DNA from: Octopus sinensis
Taxonomy: Eukaryota
Assembly (NCBI RefSeq): GCF_006345805.1
Contig: NC_043001.1
Location: forward strand, 111,600,001 to 111,664,000
DNA length: 64,000 bases
Direction: 5' to 3'
Positions 26,032 through 38,019 of this stretch are shown here, piece after piece. Within the stretch, counting starts at the first letter, position 1, and each line of letters begins with the position of its first letter. Below the pieces are notes generated by a model. The model did no database searches, had not been told where the DNA came from, and saw only the letters and a program-made list of their open reading frames with translations. Position numbers and translations under genes: made by a program.

Positions 26032-27070
26032 ACACACATGTATGTGTATGTCGAAATGTCATATATGCATACATGTGTGTGTGTGTTTATATCATTTTCA
26101 CCGTAGTATTTTTGTTTTATTTGTAGCTATATTTATACGAATTCCGTTGGTAAGCAAGCTACTTTCCACACATGTGCCTGTGTTTGTCCTTCACTAACGC
26201 TTGACAAACAGCGTTTGTGTGTTTACGTTCCCGTAACTTAGCAGTTCGGCACCAGAGACCAAAAGAATAAACATCAAGCTTAAAAAATATTACTGGGGTA
26301 GATTCATTAGGCTAAAAATTATTTATGGTGGTGCCCCAGCATGGTCACATTCTAGTGGTTAAAACAAGTAGCAGATAAAAGATAAAATGCATAGTCTTTG
26401 GAACCAAATAATCGTACGAAATATATCAGAAAGCAATAACACAAACTTGTAAATTGACTAAATATTCATTTCTTGTCTAAATTTGTTTGACTATGAAGAA
26501 AGCCCCAGGAAAGTCCTCTGGATAAGCACGCTTTTGATCTCTGTTGCAGAAGACAGTAAACACTTCAGCACTTCAAGAGGGAAAAAGAAAAAGTTGACAA
26601 CGTGTCTGCTGGCTTAACACGACTGGAAGGCAAACAAAAAAATATCTGCTTTCTCTGTCTTTGTCTTTCTTGATCACTGATCTTACTATTACGGAAAGCA
26701 AGCAGTAAAAAATTTGCCTCCTGTTGACAATTTAACATGGCTGAAAGGCAAGCAGTAAAATATCTGCTTTCTCTGTCTTTCTCTTTCTTGACCGCTCATT
26801 TTTTGTTTCATATAAAAACAGACGAAATACCACTAAGCATTTTGCCCGGCGTGCTACCGTTTCTGCCAGCTTGCCGCTTTAATACAGTACAATATGTATA
26901 TACAATAAAATATTGCTTATAAAAGGTGCAGAGCGTTGCATCGATAACCAGCTGGTGGAGAATCTGCCGGGGTTAAACTAGTAGTAACATTCAACGGCGA
27001 CTCGCTTTACTGTTTAGTATACGTTACTGCTCTGTCTCTTCTTGAGGCTTCAGAACTAGCTATTTTGCTT
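23392..27070 (+). repeat. Near-identical 1.87 kb tandem duplication (23392-25200, 25259-27070)
   Basis: Anchors at offsets 1867-1872; about 6 differences seen outside microsatellites; (TA)n at all three boundaries. Confidence 0.95.
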
Positions 27071-27078
27071 ATATATAT

Positions 27079-27139
<61 letters not shown>

Positions 27140-27140
<1 letters not shown>

Positions 27141-27260
27141 GCGCCTGCTCGCTTAGCCAGCGGGGTGGCGTCATTCGAAGGCTAAAACAATGCGAACGCA
27201 TTGTGACCAGCGATGTGTAACAACATCTGATGGTCTGGTCGGTCACGTGATCACGTGATA
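27140..27260 (+). mobile_element. SINE tail-3 fragment
   Basis: matches 28515-28620 (gcctgctcgcttagccagc..tcacgtgatcacgtgata). Confidence 0.8.
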
Positions 27261-27505
27261 TGCGCCCTTTTAAAGCCTAGCCAGGCTCATGGGCCCGATT
27301 TCCTGGTTACAATGGCGTATATGTTCCCCAGCTGAACGGGACGCCAGTTTATCGCAGCGTTACTCATTTTTGCCAGCTGAGTGGACTGGAGCAACGTGAG
27401 ATGAAGTGTTTTGCTCAAGAATACAACGCATCGCCCGGTCCAGGAATCGAAACCACAATCTTACGATCATGATGCTGACACCCTAACCACTAAGCCACGC
27501 GCCTC
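27261..27505 (-). mobile_element. tRNA-derived SINE, head D with tail 1-like end
   Basis: Minus head gaggcgcgtggcttagtggttagggtgtcagc..gtttcgattcc; tail matches 56630-56700. Confidence 0.85.
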
Positions 27506-27537
<32 letters not shown>

Positions 27538-27564
27538 ACACGCACACACACACACACACACATA

Positions 27565-27780
27565 TGTATGACAGCAGATGCAGCACGGAGTTTTGTCAGT
27601 GAACAGGTCGCGGTCTTAAAGCGACGAAAATATTTTGACAAATTAAATTTAAATGTCGAAGTGAATCTAACGGTTTTTGTGTTTCTTAAATGGCTTATAA
27701 ACACCTTCCACGCTGCAATTGTTTTCTTTTCAGCACACGATCTCAGATCAGGTCACTTGCTATGCAAGTACATCTCCGTA
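27565..27780 (+). mobile_element. Short repeat carrying a GUGAACA-core hammerhead-like motif
   Basis: second copy at 55180-55310; microsatellite flanks. Confidence 0.75.
27592..27642 (+). ncRNA. Candidate type I hammerhead ribozyme with G3:C8 swapped core
   Basis: Stem I tttgtca/tgacaaa (7 bp); core GTGAACA; extra g; stem II gtcgc/gcgac; GAAA; palindromic stem III aatatt; H17 = t27635. Confidence 0.65.
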
Positions 27781-28318
27781 ATATATATGTATGATATCTG
27801 CGCAAATAATTTGGTAGCTACGACGTCTGCTTTGCAACCGCGAGTTATCGAGTGTGAGCTGCTATAGTTTAAATTTGACCCGACATTGTTACTAGAGTTT
27901 CGTCGACAGGTTCATCGTTCACACACACAGACATTCGCACATACAAGCACAAGTCTATTTACTTTTCATGACTTTCTGAACTGTCTCCATTGACACAATG
28001 ACACAGACATGCGACGGCAGCAATGACGTCGAATATTTCACACAGGAGGAAGCAAAATGTTTAACTTTCTTTCTCTCAAAAAATACCAAATAATTACAAA
28101 TTTCTTTCATTTTTTTTTTTGTAGAAATAATTCCTTCTTATGTATTTTCATAATTTATTTATGATATTCTGAAAGTCCAATAGGAATTGATGCAAATTTA
28201 TTTCAGTTATAATGTAAACTCTGTAGAAATATATTGCGAGTCGAAAAAAGTTGGGGGAGGCACGGAGCACATATTGTAAATATATTTGAATTTAGATTCA
28301 CATCATTTTATATATATA

Positions 28319-28620
28319 TGGAGGCGCAATGGCCCAGTGGTTAGGGCAGCGGACTCGCAGTTGTAGGATCGTGGTTTCGATTCCCAGACCGGGCGTTTAT
28401 TGAGCGAGTATTTATTGAGCGAAAACTTCTAAAGCTCTACGAGACTCCGACAGGGAGTGGTGGCGATCCCTGGTGTACTCTTTCGCCACAACTTTCTCTC
28501 ACTCTTTCGTCTGTTGGCCTGCTCACTTAGCCAGCAGGGTGGCGTCATTTGAAGGCGCATTGTGACCAGCGATGTGTGGAAACATCTGATTGCCTGGTCA
28601 CGGTGATCACGGTGATATTT
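28319..28620 (+). mobile_element. tRNA-derived SINE, head C with tail 3
   Basis: head as at 20325; tail as at 27140. Confidence 0.88.
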
Positions 28621-28689
28621 TATATATATATATATATACTGCACATATGTAATACTTGCGTGAACTGTTTTGCAAATAGAATTTGTCAG

Positions 28690-29060
28690 GTGTGGATGTG
28701 TGTTAAGAAGCTCACTTTCCAACCACATGGTTCCGGGTTCAGTCCCACTGCGTGGGCACCTTCGGCAAGTGTCTTCTGCTATAGCCTCAGGCCGACTGAA
28801 ACCTTGTGAGTGGATTTGGCAGACGGAGACTGTAAGAAGCCCGTGTGTGTGTGTGTGTGTGTCTGTGTTGTTCCCCACCATCGCTTGAGAACCGATGCTT
28901 GTGTGTTTACATCCCCGTAACTTAGCGGTTCCGCAAAAGAATCCGATAGAGTAAGTACTAGGCTTACAAAGAATAAGTCCTAGGTCGATTTCTTCGAGTG
29001 AAGACGGTGCTCCAATATGGCCGCAGTGAAGTAACTGAAAGAAATAAAGAATAAAAGAAT
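28690..29060 (+). mobile_element. SINE family B
   Basis: matches 19646-20063. Confidence 0.88.
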
Positions 29061-29074
29061 ATCTCTATATATCT

Positions 29075-29460
29075 TTTATCCTTTTTACTTGCTTCAGTCA
29101 TTATCCTGTGGCCATGCTGGAGCACCGCCTTGAGGAAGAATTTTTAGTCGAATGAATCGAACCCAATTATTTACTTTCTTCTGCTACTTACTCTATCGGT
29201 CTCTTTTGACGTAAACACACCAACACCGGTTGTGAAGCGGTGGTGGGGGACAAACATATGCACAAAGACACACACACACACACACACACATTTATTTATT
29301 TATTTATTTATTTATTAATACTCAGGTTTCTTTCAGCTATCGTCTTTTATAAAACGCAAAATAATTGCCTTTTGTTCACATGGTTCCGGGTTCAGTCCCA
29401 CTGCGTGGCAACCTTGGGCAAGTGTCTTCTGCTATAGCCTCGCGCCAACCAAAGCTTTGT
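29075..29460. mobile_element. SINE family B fragments (29075-29285 minus, 29375-29460 plus)
   Basis: similarity to full copies. Confidence 0.8.
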
Positions 29461-30332
29461 GCCCCAAACATTATTTCCCACATAATATTAGGTGGGAAAT
29501 AATTCTTTTGGCTCTTTTACCCAGGGAACCTGGGGTGAGGGTGCCGAGGACTACGAGTATCTGGGGTTCAAAGGTTTAAAGATGACAAGATGGTGCTCTC
29601 CACTCCAACGGACCAACATGATTATTCAGGCTTTCATTTTGCTGCACCTTTTAATTGTTACTGAGTAATGTCACCCGATTATCATCAGACTTGATTTCAG
29701 CGATGACAGAAAAACGAAATTTGTTGCCACGTGACCTTGTCGTTCGAACGTTGCTGAAAGCAAGGTTTTCAGAAGTACGTCACACAACTATTTCTTGGCT
29801 GTTTTATCCAATCGAACTGCTTACATTTCCTGTGCAAAATTCTAATAGGCCCGTCAGGTGAACTATACCTGTAATACAAAAGGCACAGCCTTGTTGCAAA
29901 TTTCGTGACACTCTGACTCTACACGAGAATTGTGTCATAAAAACGTCAGGAAAATAAAATCGCTGCCAAGCGATCTTTTCAGCAATATGTCGCACAAGTA
30001 TTTTATTGGTTGTTTTATCTAATCGAATTGCTTATTTTTGTTGCTCTCACTATTTTTATAAAAATATTTGCTGGTTTCCATTTTTCTTAATATAAATATT
30101 TGTTTTGCTTAAGCTTTAAACATAGTCGAAAATGAAATCAATAAGTTTCCATAACATTTCTCAAACTAACACGCACATTCTTTATCTACGTGCTAAACTA
30201 CATATCAAAACTCCTACAGATGAATTTCGTTTTCAGGATACACTTACATACACACATACATACATGGACACGTATACACAAACACATGAACGTGGTGGGA
30301 TATATCACAAATGTAATATCTATTTTATGATA

Positions 30333-30765
30333 AGGCGGTGAGCTGGCATAAACGTTAGCACGCCGGGCGAAATGCTTAGCAGAATTTCGCCTGTTTTTAC
30401 GTTCTGAGTTCAAATTCCGCCGAGGTCGACTTTGCCTTTCATCCTTTCGGGGTCGATAAATTAAGTACCAGTTACGCACTAGGGTCGATGTAATCGACTT
30501 AAACCGTTTGTCTGTCCTTGTTTGTCGCTTCTATGTGTAACCCCTTGTGGGAAATAAAGAAATAAGAAACGTCAGCACGTCGGGCGAAATGCTTAGCAGT
30601 ATTTCGTTTGTCTTTACGTTCTGAGTTCAAATTCAACCGAGGTCAATTTTACCTTCTCATCCTTTCAGGATCGATAAATTAAGTACCAGTTGCATACTGG
30701 GGTTGATCTAATCGACTGACCCCCCCCAAAAAAAATATTTCGGGCCTTGTTCCTAGAGTAGAAAA
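30333..30765 (+). mobile_element. SINE family A head-to-tail dimer
   Basis: tail aaagaaataag re-enters at aaacgtcagcac near 30565. Confidence 0.88.
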
Positions 30766-31100
30766 GAATATCTAGTTTATAATTACGCTTTTTAAACTGT
30801 TGCTAAATTACACTTCTACATAGGCAGCAGCGTGGCTGTGTGGTTAAGAAGCTAGCTTCTCAACCATTCCGGGTTCGGTTCAGTCTCCTTTCGCGGAATT
30901 TTGGGCGTCTTCTACAATACTCATTCTACGGTTGTTTTGCTGCCATTTATTTAAGAACATTGTAAATTTTATAGGTTAAATACTTTTCTGGGAACGAATT
31001 ACGATTTACAGCATTGCTTCTATGGGAAATTATCGCTCTGTTTTACGAGTTTTTACTTTACGAACGGTCTCCAGGAACAAATTAACCCATATATTGAGGC

Positions 31101-31153
<53 letters not shown>

Positions 31154-31599
31154 TATGAGGGTACAGGACGTCACGAGACGTGTACAACAAAAAATACGAA
31201 GCACGAGAACATGGAACATGAACTATTCTTTCGAACAACGAAAGACACGAAGGGAAAATAAGACAAACACCACAAAGAACGACTCTTCATCAGTTGTTGG
31301 CTGTTTTTCTAGTCTCGTATTTCGAGCATTTAACAATAATATACGCTTTCTATAAAACAGTTGCTCCCGCAACGCAAATTAAATAAAATTTGGGATTTTG
31401 CGGAGGGTCAAAATCGGTTACACAAACACGAGAGTGAAAACAAGCCTAAACGAGGTTGTGGTGGCGAATGCATAAATCAAGCTCTGACAAGAGACAAACA
31501 AGAACACGTCTTCCTTAATCCAGCTACAACGGAGAGAAAGAAAGAAAGATGGCCGATGGTCACGTGGAAACCACGTGATTAAGGGAGGAGGAGTAAGGA

Positions 31600-31890
31600 G
31601 GAGTGCACAGTGCCAAAGATCCCAGCAATGCTATCGTGCTTCAGGACCAGTTACTGCAACAGTCTGGGTTTCAGGAACCCAGGTCTTTGTAATATTCTCC
31701 CAAAGTGGATGTAGGTGTTTTTAAATCAAAACTAGACCCCTTCCTATCGAGAGTCTTAGACGAACCTACTTCGCGGCAAGAGGTGCAAATGAGGGTAGCG
31801 ACATCAATCTCCCTTACTCATCGAATGCCACATATTAGAGGAGGCTCTCAGTAATAACAGTGTAGCAAAGCGGCGAGGCATCAGCTTGCT
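31600..31890 (+). mobile_element. CR1/L2-type LINE 3' fragment
   Basis: Broken frames read VPKIP..FRTSYCNSLGF..DVFKSKLDPFLSRVLDEP..ATSISLTH. Confidence 0.65.
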
Positions 31891-31988
31891 CACAGTTTTT
31901 TGCTGAAACTAAAAAAAAAAGAGAAAAAGAAAAAGAATTTAAATATATAATATCAGTCTCACTCTCTCTCCTTCACCTTATCTCTATC

Positions 31989-32023
<35 letters not shown>

Positions 32024-32039
32024 CCACACACACACACGC

Positions 32040-32599
<560 letters not shown>

Positions 32600-32939
32600 G
32601 ACAAGCTTCCGTACAATTTCCGTCTATCAGATTCTTTCACAAAGCATTGAGCAACCAGGGTTTGAGGCAGAAGATACCTACTGAAGATGCTATGCTGTGA
32701 GACAGAATTCGAGACCAGGAGATTGCCTAGTGAACTACTTAACCACACAGCCATGTCTGAATATTATATATTAAAATTTATGAAAAAACTTGAGAAAAAA
32801 TATTTTCAAAATTTCTTAAAGGTGACCTGGTTTCGTAGCAAATGTGGAATTGAAGTATTTTCCAAAGGGTGTCTTTGATTTGTGTCTCTTATAAAACTAT
32901 GAAGAACATTAGAAGATACAATAATTCTGGTTTCTGATT

Positions 32940-34070
32940 TAGGCAGAAGGCCAGGCATTTTGATTGGAGGTTGGTAGTCAATTATATCGATCCTAGTACA
33001 TGGCTTGTACTTAAGATTATCGATCAGGGAGGAACGGAAAACTCAATTAATCTTGGCAGGATTTGAAAGGTTCATTAAATATTGGGACAAGACCAGCAAT
33101 TTTTAGAGAAAGGAGTTTAGCCGATAACGTCGACCTAGTATTTGACTGCGGCGCCATTTTGTGGACGCCAGCAGGGATGAGAAGCAAACTTTACCACGAC
33201 AGGATACGAAACCAAGAGTAAATAATACACTCTTATCTTAGGCATAAGACCGATAATTTTTAAGGAAGGTGTTAGTCAATAACATCGACCTCATTATAAA
33301 GCTGGTACCTTATTTTATGGAAAGCAGGAAGGATGAAAAGCAAAGTTGACGTTGGGTGGGATTCAAAAAGGGAACTTTTCGGTTGCTGTCATAGAATTGG
33401 AAAGTTTAAAATTAATTGAAAGACTACTAATTTGTTATATTGATGTAATTTTTCACGTTGAATCCGGATACGGGATTCATTTGTACCAGTAAAAAACTTT
33501 AAAAAAATTGTTATAGATTTCCAAAGTTTTGTGATTTTAAACTATCAGAAAACAGGAATCGAAAGCCGAAATTTTCTGTGTGATACTTGTCTATCACAAA
33601 ATGGTTTTCATCAAAACTTCTGGTGGTGCCTGTGGTAGTGAAAGTTTCACAATGGTTCACGTACAGCGTCCTTGTTACAATGAAAGCAGAACAGACGATA
33701 TATTTGCTTGTTACAATAGAAACAGAGACCTATATGAGATTTACGGTCATGTTGTATAATGTTGGCTTTCGATTGGTTAAAATTAACCCAAATTTGTAAA
33801 CTTTAAAAACTACTAACTTATTTATTAATTTATGGTAAAAATCAAATTTGAAAACAACCGAAACAAAATTGAAAAAATACGAAATCTGTGACGGCAATCA
33901 AAACATCCTCGAAAGTTAAGTAAATATTGGTTTTCACTTTTAAGCACAATGCCAGCAATTTATAGAAGAACAGGTTCATCGATCACGTTGATACCGGTAT
34001 TTTGCTGCTAAGTTATTTTATGGAACCCAGAAAGGACGAAAAGCAAAGCTGAACGCTGAAGGATTTGAAC
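32940..34070 (-). mobile_element. Cluster of highly decayed family A-like SINEs
   Basis: recurring atcgac/atcgat..ctagta..gaaggatgaaaagcaaagt..gatttgaa remnants. Confidence 0.5.
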
Positions 34071-34074
34071 GATG

Positions 34075-34349
34075 CAGTGGTTCCCAAAGTGGACGGTATT
34101 ACTCCCCTGGGGACGGTGGAAACTTCCAAAGGGGTGTTGAAGAAAAGTGGGGCGATAAAGGGGTAGCGATTCATGTAAAAAAAAACAAAATAATGGGTTT
34201 CATTAGGTTAAGTTTTATTTGTGAAATACAGTTGCTTTGAATTTGCTTCTGGAAAGAGGTCTCTGTGATGGTTAGTTGGGGTGGTGGCGCTAGGAATGTG
34301 GTCTGGGCGTCAAGGGAGCGGCAACCCGAAAAAGTTTGGGAAACCACTG
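34075..34349. mobile_element. hAT (Charlie-type) MITE, 275 bp
   Basis: TIRs cagtggttcccaaa and tttgggaaaccactg; 8 bp TSD not preserved. Confidence 0.8.
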
Positions 34350-35047
34350 CGATACAGTATATAGTGCAACGAACCAGAAAAACTTACTTCAAGACGGCGA
34401 CGAATACAACGAAGATGACCACGACGATGATTACCATCTCCGCGGCCATCTCCACCATCACCCTTGAAACATTCAAGAAGTAAACAAACATTCTATAACG
34501 CCGATTGTAGACACCAGGGAATGAAGTCTCGAAACAAAGACAGCAATGAAAGACAAAAAGAATATAATTGAATGAGTGGGAGCCTATATAACCAAATTGC
34601 ATTTCAATAATATCATATTTGTAAATGGTAATTATAAAACTGTTTATGAAACCCATTTAAACGCCTTAAGCGAATGAGATAAAATAATAATAACCGCAGG
34701 ATTTATGTTCACGAATAATGAATAGTTGAAATATATAGCTGATAGTTTGCCACTTCCCGTCAGAAAATATTACTGAAAATCATAAAAACGCCGCAAGATA
34801 TTTGCTATGTTTAAAAAGGAAATAGAAAAGGAAGAGAATTAAACTAATTGAGACTTTTCAGGCAGTAATGTTAAGATTTCTTTCTCGCTCTCTCTGTCTC
34901 TTAATTACATATAGATATTTATGGTGCGTATACGTTACGCATATATATATATTGGCATAGACACATAACCTCATACTTATGACTGTATACACACATACAT
35001 AGATGTGGGTACACACAAACACATTATATATATATATATATTCAATA

Positions 35048-35241
35048 TGTGACCGCGTGTGTATCGTTGGCGATTTTCCCATCCGTCTTCCCTTCCTTGG
35101 ATCTTTCCTTTTTCTATGTTTCTGACGAAGAGCTCCGCTCGAAACGTTAAATCCTCCTTCTTTCCTTCCTTTCCTGAGCGTCCAGTAACACTATACTTGT
35201 TCGCGATGTTGTGTTTTCTCTTTGTGTTTTCATGTTTGGAT

Positions 35242-35268
<27 letters not shown>
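35048..35268 (+). mobile_element. Short PLE-type repeat with canonical minimal hammerhead
   Basis: relatives at 2022 and 19235; ends ggattaac followed by (TA)n. Confidence 0.75.
35118..35152 (+). ncRNA. Minimal type I hammerhead ribozyme motif
   Basis: gttt-CTGACGA-a-gagc tcc gctc-GAAA-cg-TT-aaat; stem III palindrome acgt. Confidence 0.7.
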
Positions 35269-35339
<71 letters not shown>

Positions 35340-35614
35340 GGACTAAGATGCCGATTGACAAGCCGTTGGTATTTATAGAGTGTTAAACACTTTCGGTATG
35401 CAAATTAGGGGCTCCTTCATAGAGTAACTGCTGCATTTGTTGAGTATATAAGCAGTTTAGCTGCTCGCTTCCCTGGAAACTGTCAGAATGATGTAGATGA
35501 CTCTGATGTGAACCCAGTTAGGTTTGAAAACCAATTAAGGTTACATACTGTTTTTTTAGTCTGCAGAGAAATGGCTAAAATTTTTACCTGTTTATAATTA
35601 TACCATTTAGGAGT

Positions 35615-35932
35615 AATGCGTCGGTTACGACGACGAGGGACCCAACTGATACGATCAACGGAGCAGCTTGCTCGTGAAATTAACGTGCATGTGGCTGAGC
35701 ACTCCGCAGGCACGCGTACCCTTATCGTAGTTCTTAGGGGGATTCGGCGTGATACAGAATGCGATAAGGCTGGTCCTTTAAAATACATATATTACTCATT
35801 TTTGACAGCTGAGTGGACTGGAGCAACATGAAATAAGTGTCTTGCTCAAGGACATAACGCGTCGCCGGGAATTGAACTCACGACCTTACGATCGTGAGCT
35901 GAATGCCCTAACCACTAAACCACGTGCCTTCA
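35615..35932 (-). mobile_element. tRNA-derived SINE, head D with tail 2
   Basis: head as at 41640-41769; tail as at 20545-20720. Confidence 0.85.
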
Positions 35933-35953
35933 CAATTATACGATATGTTATAC

Positions 35954-36054
<101 letters not shown>

Positions 36055-36139
36055 TATATATATCAGGTGGTGCTATTAAGTTAGACATGGCCTGGACCAA
36101 TCTCTGGTCGAAACATATCTAAGTCTAAGTTTAAGTTTA

Positions 36140-36318
36140 TACATATATCAAAAGAGGAAGACAGGTGGTGTACAAAACGAACAAATGTATTAGTATAACG
36201 CTCAGGAATAGAAAAAGTCTTTTACGTTTCGAGCCTACGCTCTTCTACAGAAAGGGACACAGAAAAAACAAGGAGAGAAAAAAATGTGTGTGATGGCTAA
36301 CGTTCTATCATGGCGTCT

Positions 36319-36320
<2 letters not shown>
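36140..36320 (-). mobile_element. Short PLE-type repeat with CUGUAGA-core hammerhead motif (36219-36254)
   Basis: cttt-CTGTAGA-a-gagc gtag gctc-GAAA-cg-TA-aaag. Confidence 0.75.
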
Positions 36321-36346
<26 letters not shown>

Positions 36347-36349
<3 letters not shown>

Positions 36350-36511
36350 GCCAGATAACCGATGAGATGGTGTTGTGGATTTCTACTTCGGCATCTGAAA
36401 CTCAGAGTTTTATCTTGACTACCGAGTAATGTAACATATTGTATAGATAAATTTCCTCTATTTACATAATATTGAGGTCTTTTTCTTTCTTTTGTTATCT
36501 TACCGTTTTAT

Positions 36512-36515
<4 letters not shown>
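36347..36515 (+). mobile_element. PLE-type repeat (11830 family) with CCGAUGA-core hammerhead (36354-36414)
   Basis: gataa-CCGATGA-gatg..catc-t-GAAA-ctcagag-TT-ttatc; (TA)n on both sides. Confidence 0.75.
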
Positions 36516-36551
<36 letters not shown>

Positions 36552-38019
36552 CTGAACCCGGAACCATGTGGTTGGGAAGCAAGCTTCTTATCACACAGCC
36601 ACTCCTGTGCCCATGTATATGCATACACAAACACATACACACACATACACACATACACACACCGACACACACACACAAACACACATATACGTATATATAC
36701 ATGCTTGTTTGTAAGGTCGTATGTATGTATGTATGTATGTATGTATGTGTGTGTGTTGGGTGGTTTTGCATGTGTATATGTGTACGCATGCGTGTATGTT
36801 TGTGAGGTGTCGATGTCCTCGAAATGGTTCTGAGAAGTAAAATAGTATGCAATTCACTTCTATTCAGACGCTTATGCTGACATTTATTTTTGGTTATTGG
36901 TCACTTGACATACATATTCTTTTCCAGACTGGTTTTTTGAATATTTGAATCTACGAAAAGGTCAGCAATAACACAAGAAACGGTAACATACTTATATAAA
37001 AAATGTCTACCGTTACTTATAACTAAGTTCATTAGTAACACTCAGTTAAAATTTTCCGTGGCTGCGTCTATGAATAAGCATGTAAATGTACGTCCGTAGG
37101 TCTCTTTGCGATAAATATAGGAAATTTTATTAAGAATTGGCAATTTCTCTCTGAAAATTGAGAGTTGAGCAGTATGGAAATTAGAGGTGAACGTAATAAA
37201 TATACACGAACCGAATTGAAAGTAACTACAAGATATGCTATATATATTAGGTTGTCAAGAAAGTTCTTGCGGAATTTTTAATTTGGGTTTTAAATTATGT
37301 ATTTTCGAATTAATTTTCATTAAATCACTTTGATTTTATATATCATTTTAAAGCCCGTTTTCCGCTCTATCTTATTGTGCTACTCTTTTTCTTTTTGAAT
37401 AATTTGGCTATTTTTTTCGGAACGTTGAATATAACATAGACAAAAAGCAAATTCACACAATTTTTAAAATTCCAGTTCCAGTGTGTGTGTTTGCATGTGT
37501 GTGTGTGCTTGTGTGAAGTATACACACACACACACACACACACACTCACACATATACATCCCCGTATGAATCTGTCACCTGTATGTTTTTTTTCTACGTG
37601 CTTTAGCTTCGTTACGATGGCAGCAATCCGGATACTTATTGATCAGACCTCATATACCAGCTGGTTCTCAAACGCTGGATATTTCGATTGTTTTCATATA
37701 CGAGCTTTACTGAATTGTATTCAAGTTATTAACTAGTCGATAATAAACTTATTCGGTTGGAGACTGGTTTTGAATATTTGAATATACAAAAAGTTATTTA
37801 TGAAGCTAGACGTGGCAAGGGATTTATTTGTATCTCAGCTTATTAGTAAAACTTTTCTGTTTGTGCTTTGAAGAGACATATATTAATATACAAAGCCAAT
37901 TATGATGGTTTTGTATTGCATTTATCTGGGACTGGACACAATATTTGTGTTAAAAGCTGGGCTAAAATGTCATATTCGATTTGTAAGTCATTAACAAGCA
38001 ATGGTCATCTTACTATAAT

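Noticed and set aside
31278-31330. Minus-strand gctc-GAAA...CTGATGA-a-gag suggesting a type II hammerhead
   Set aside because: No stem I or stem III can be formed in this copy; it needs a family consensus.
34067-34357. 8 bp TSD for the hAT MITE
   Set aside because: Flanks gaacgatg and cgatacag do not match.
36081-36129. ttagac..gacc/ggtc-GAAA-catat-c..gtctaa hammerhead-like frame
   Set aside because: The CUGANGA box is unrecognisable (atggcctg), so it is kept only as part of the cluster observation.
37245-37460. Mariner-like TIR ends (also 62635-62672)
   Set aside because: No partner TIR or convincing transposase sequence nearby; too fragmentary to call.
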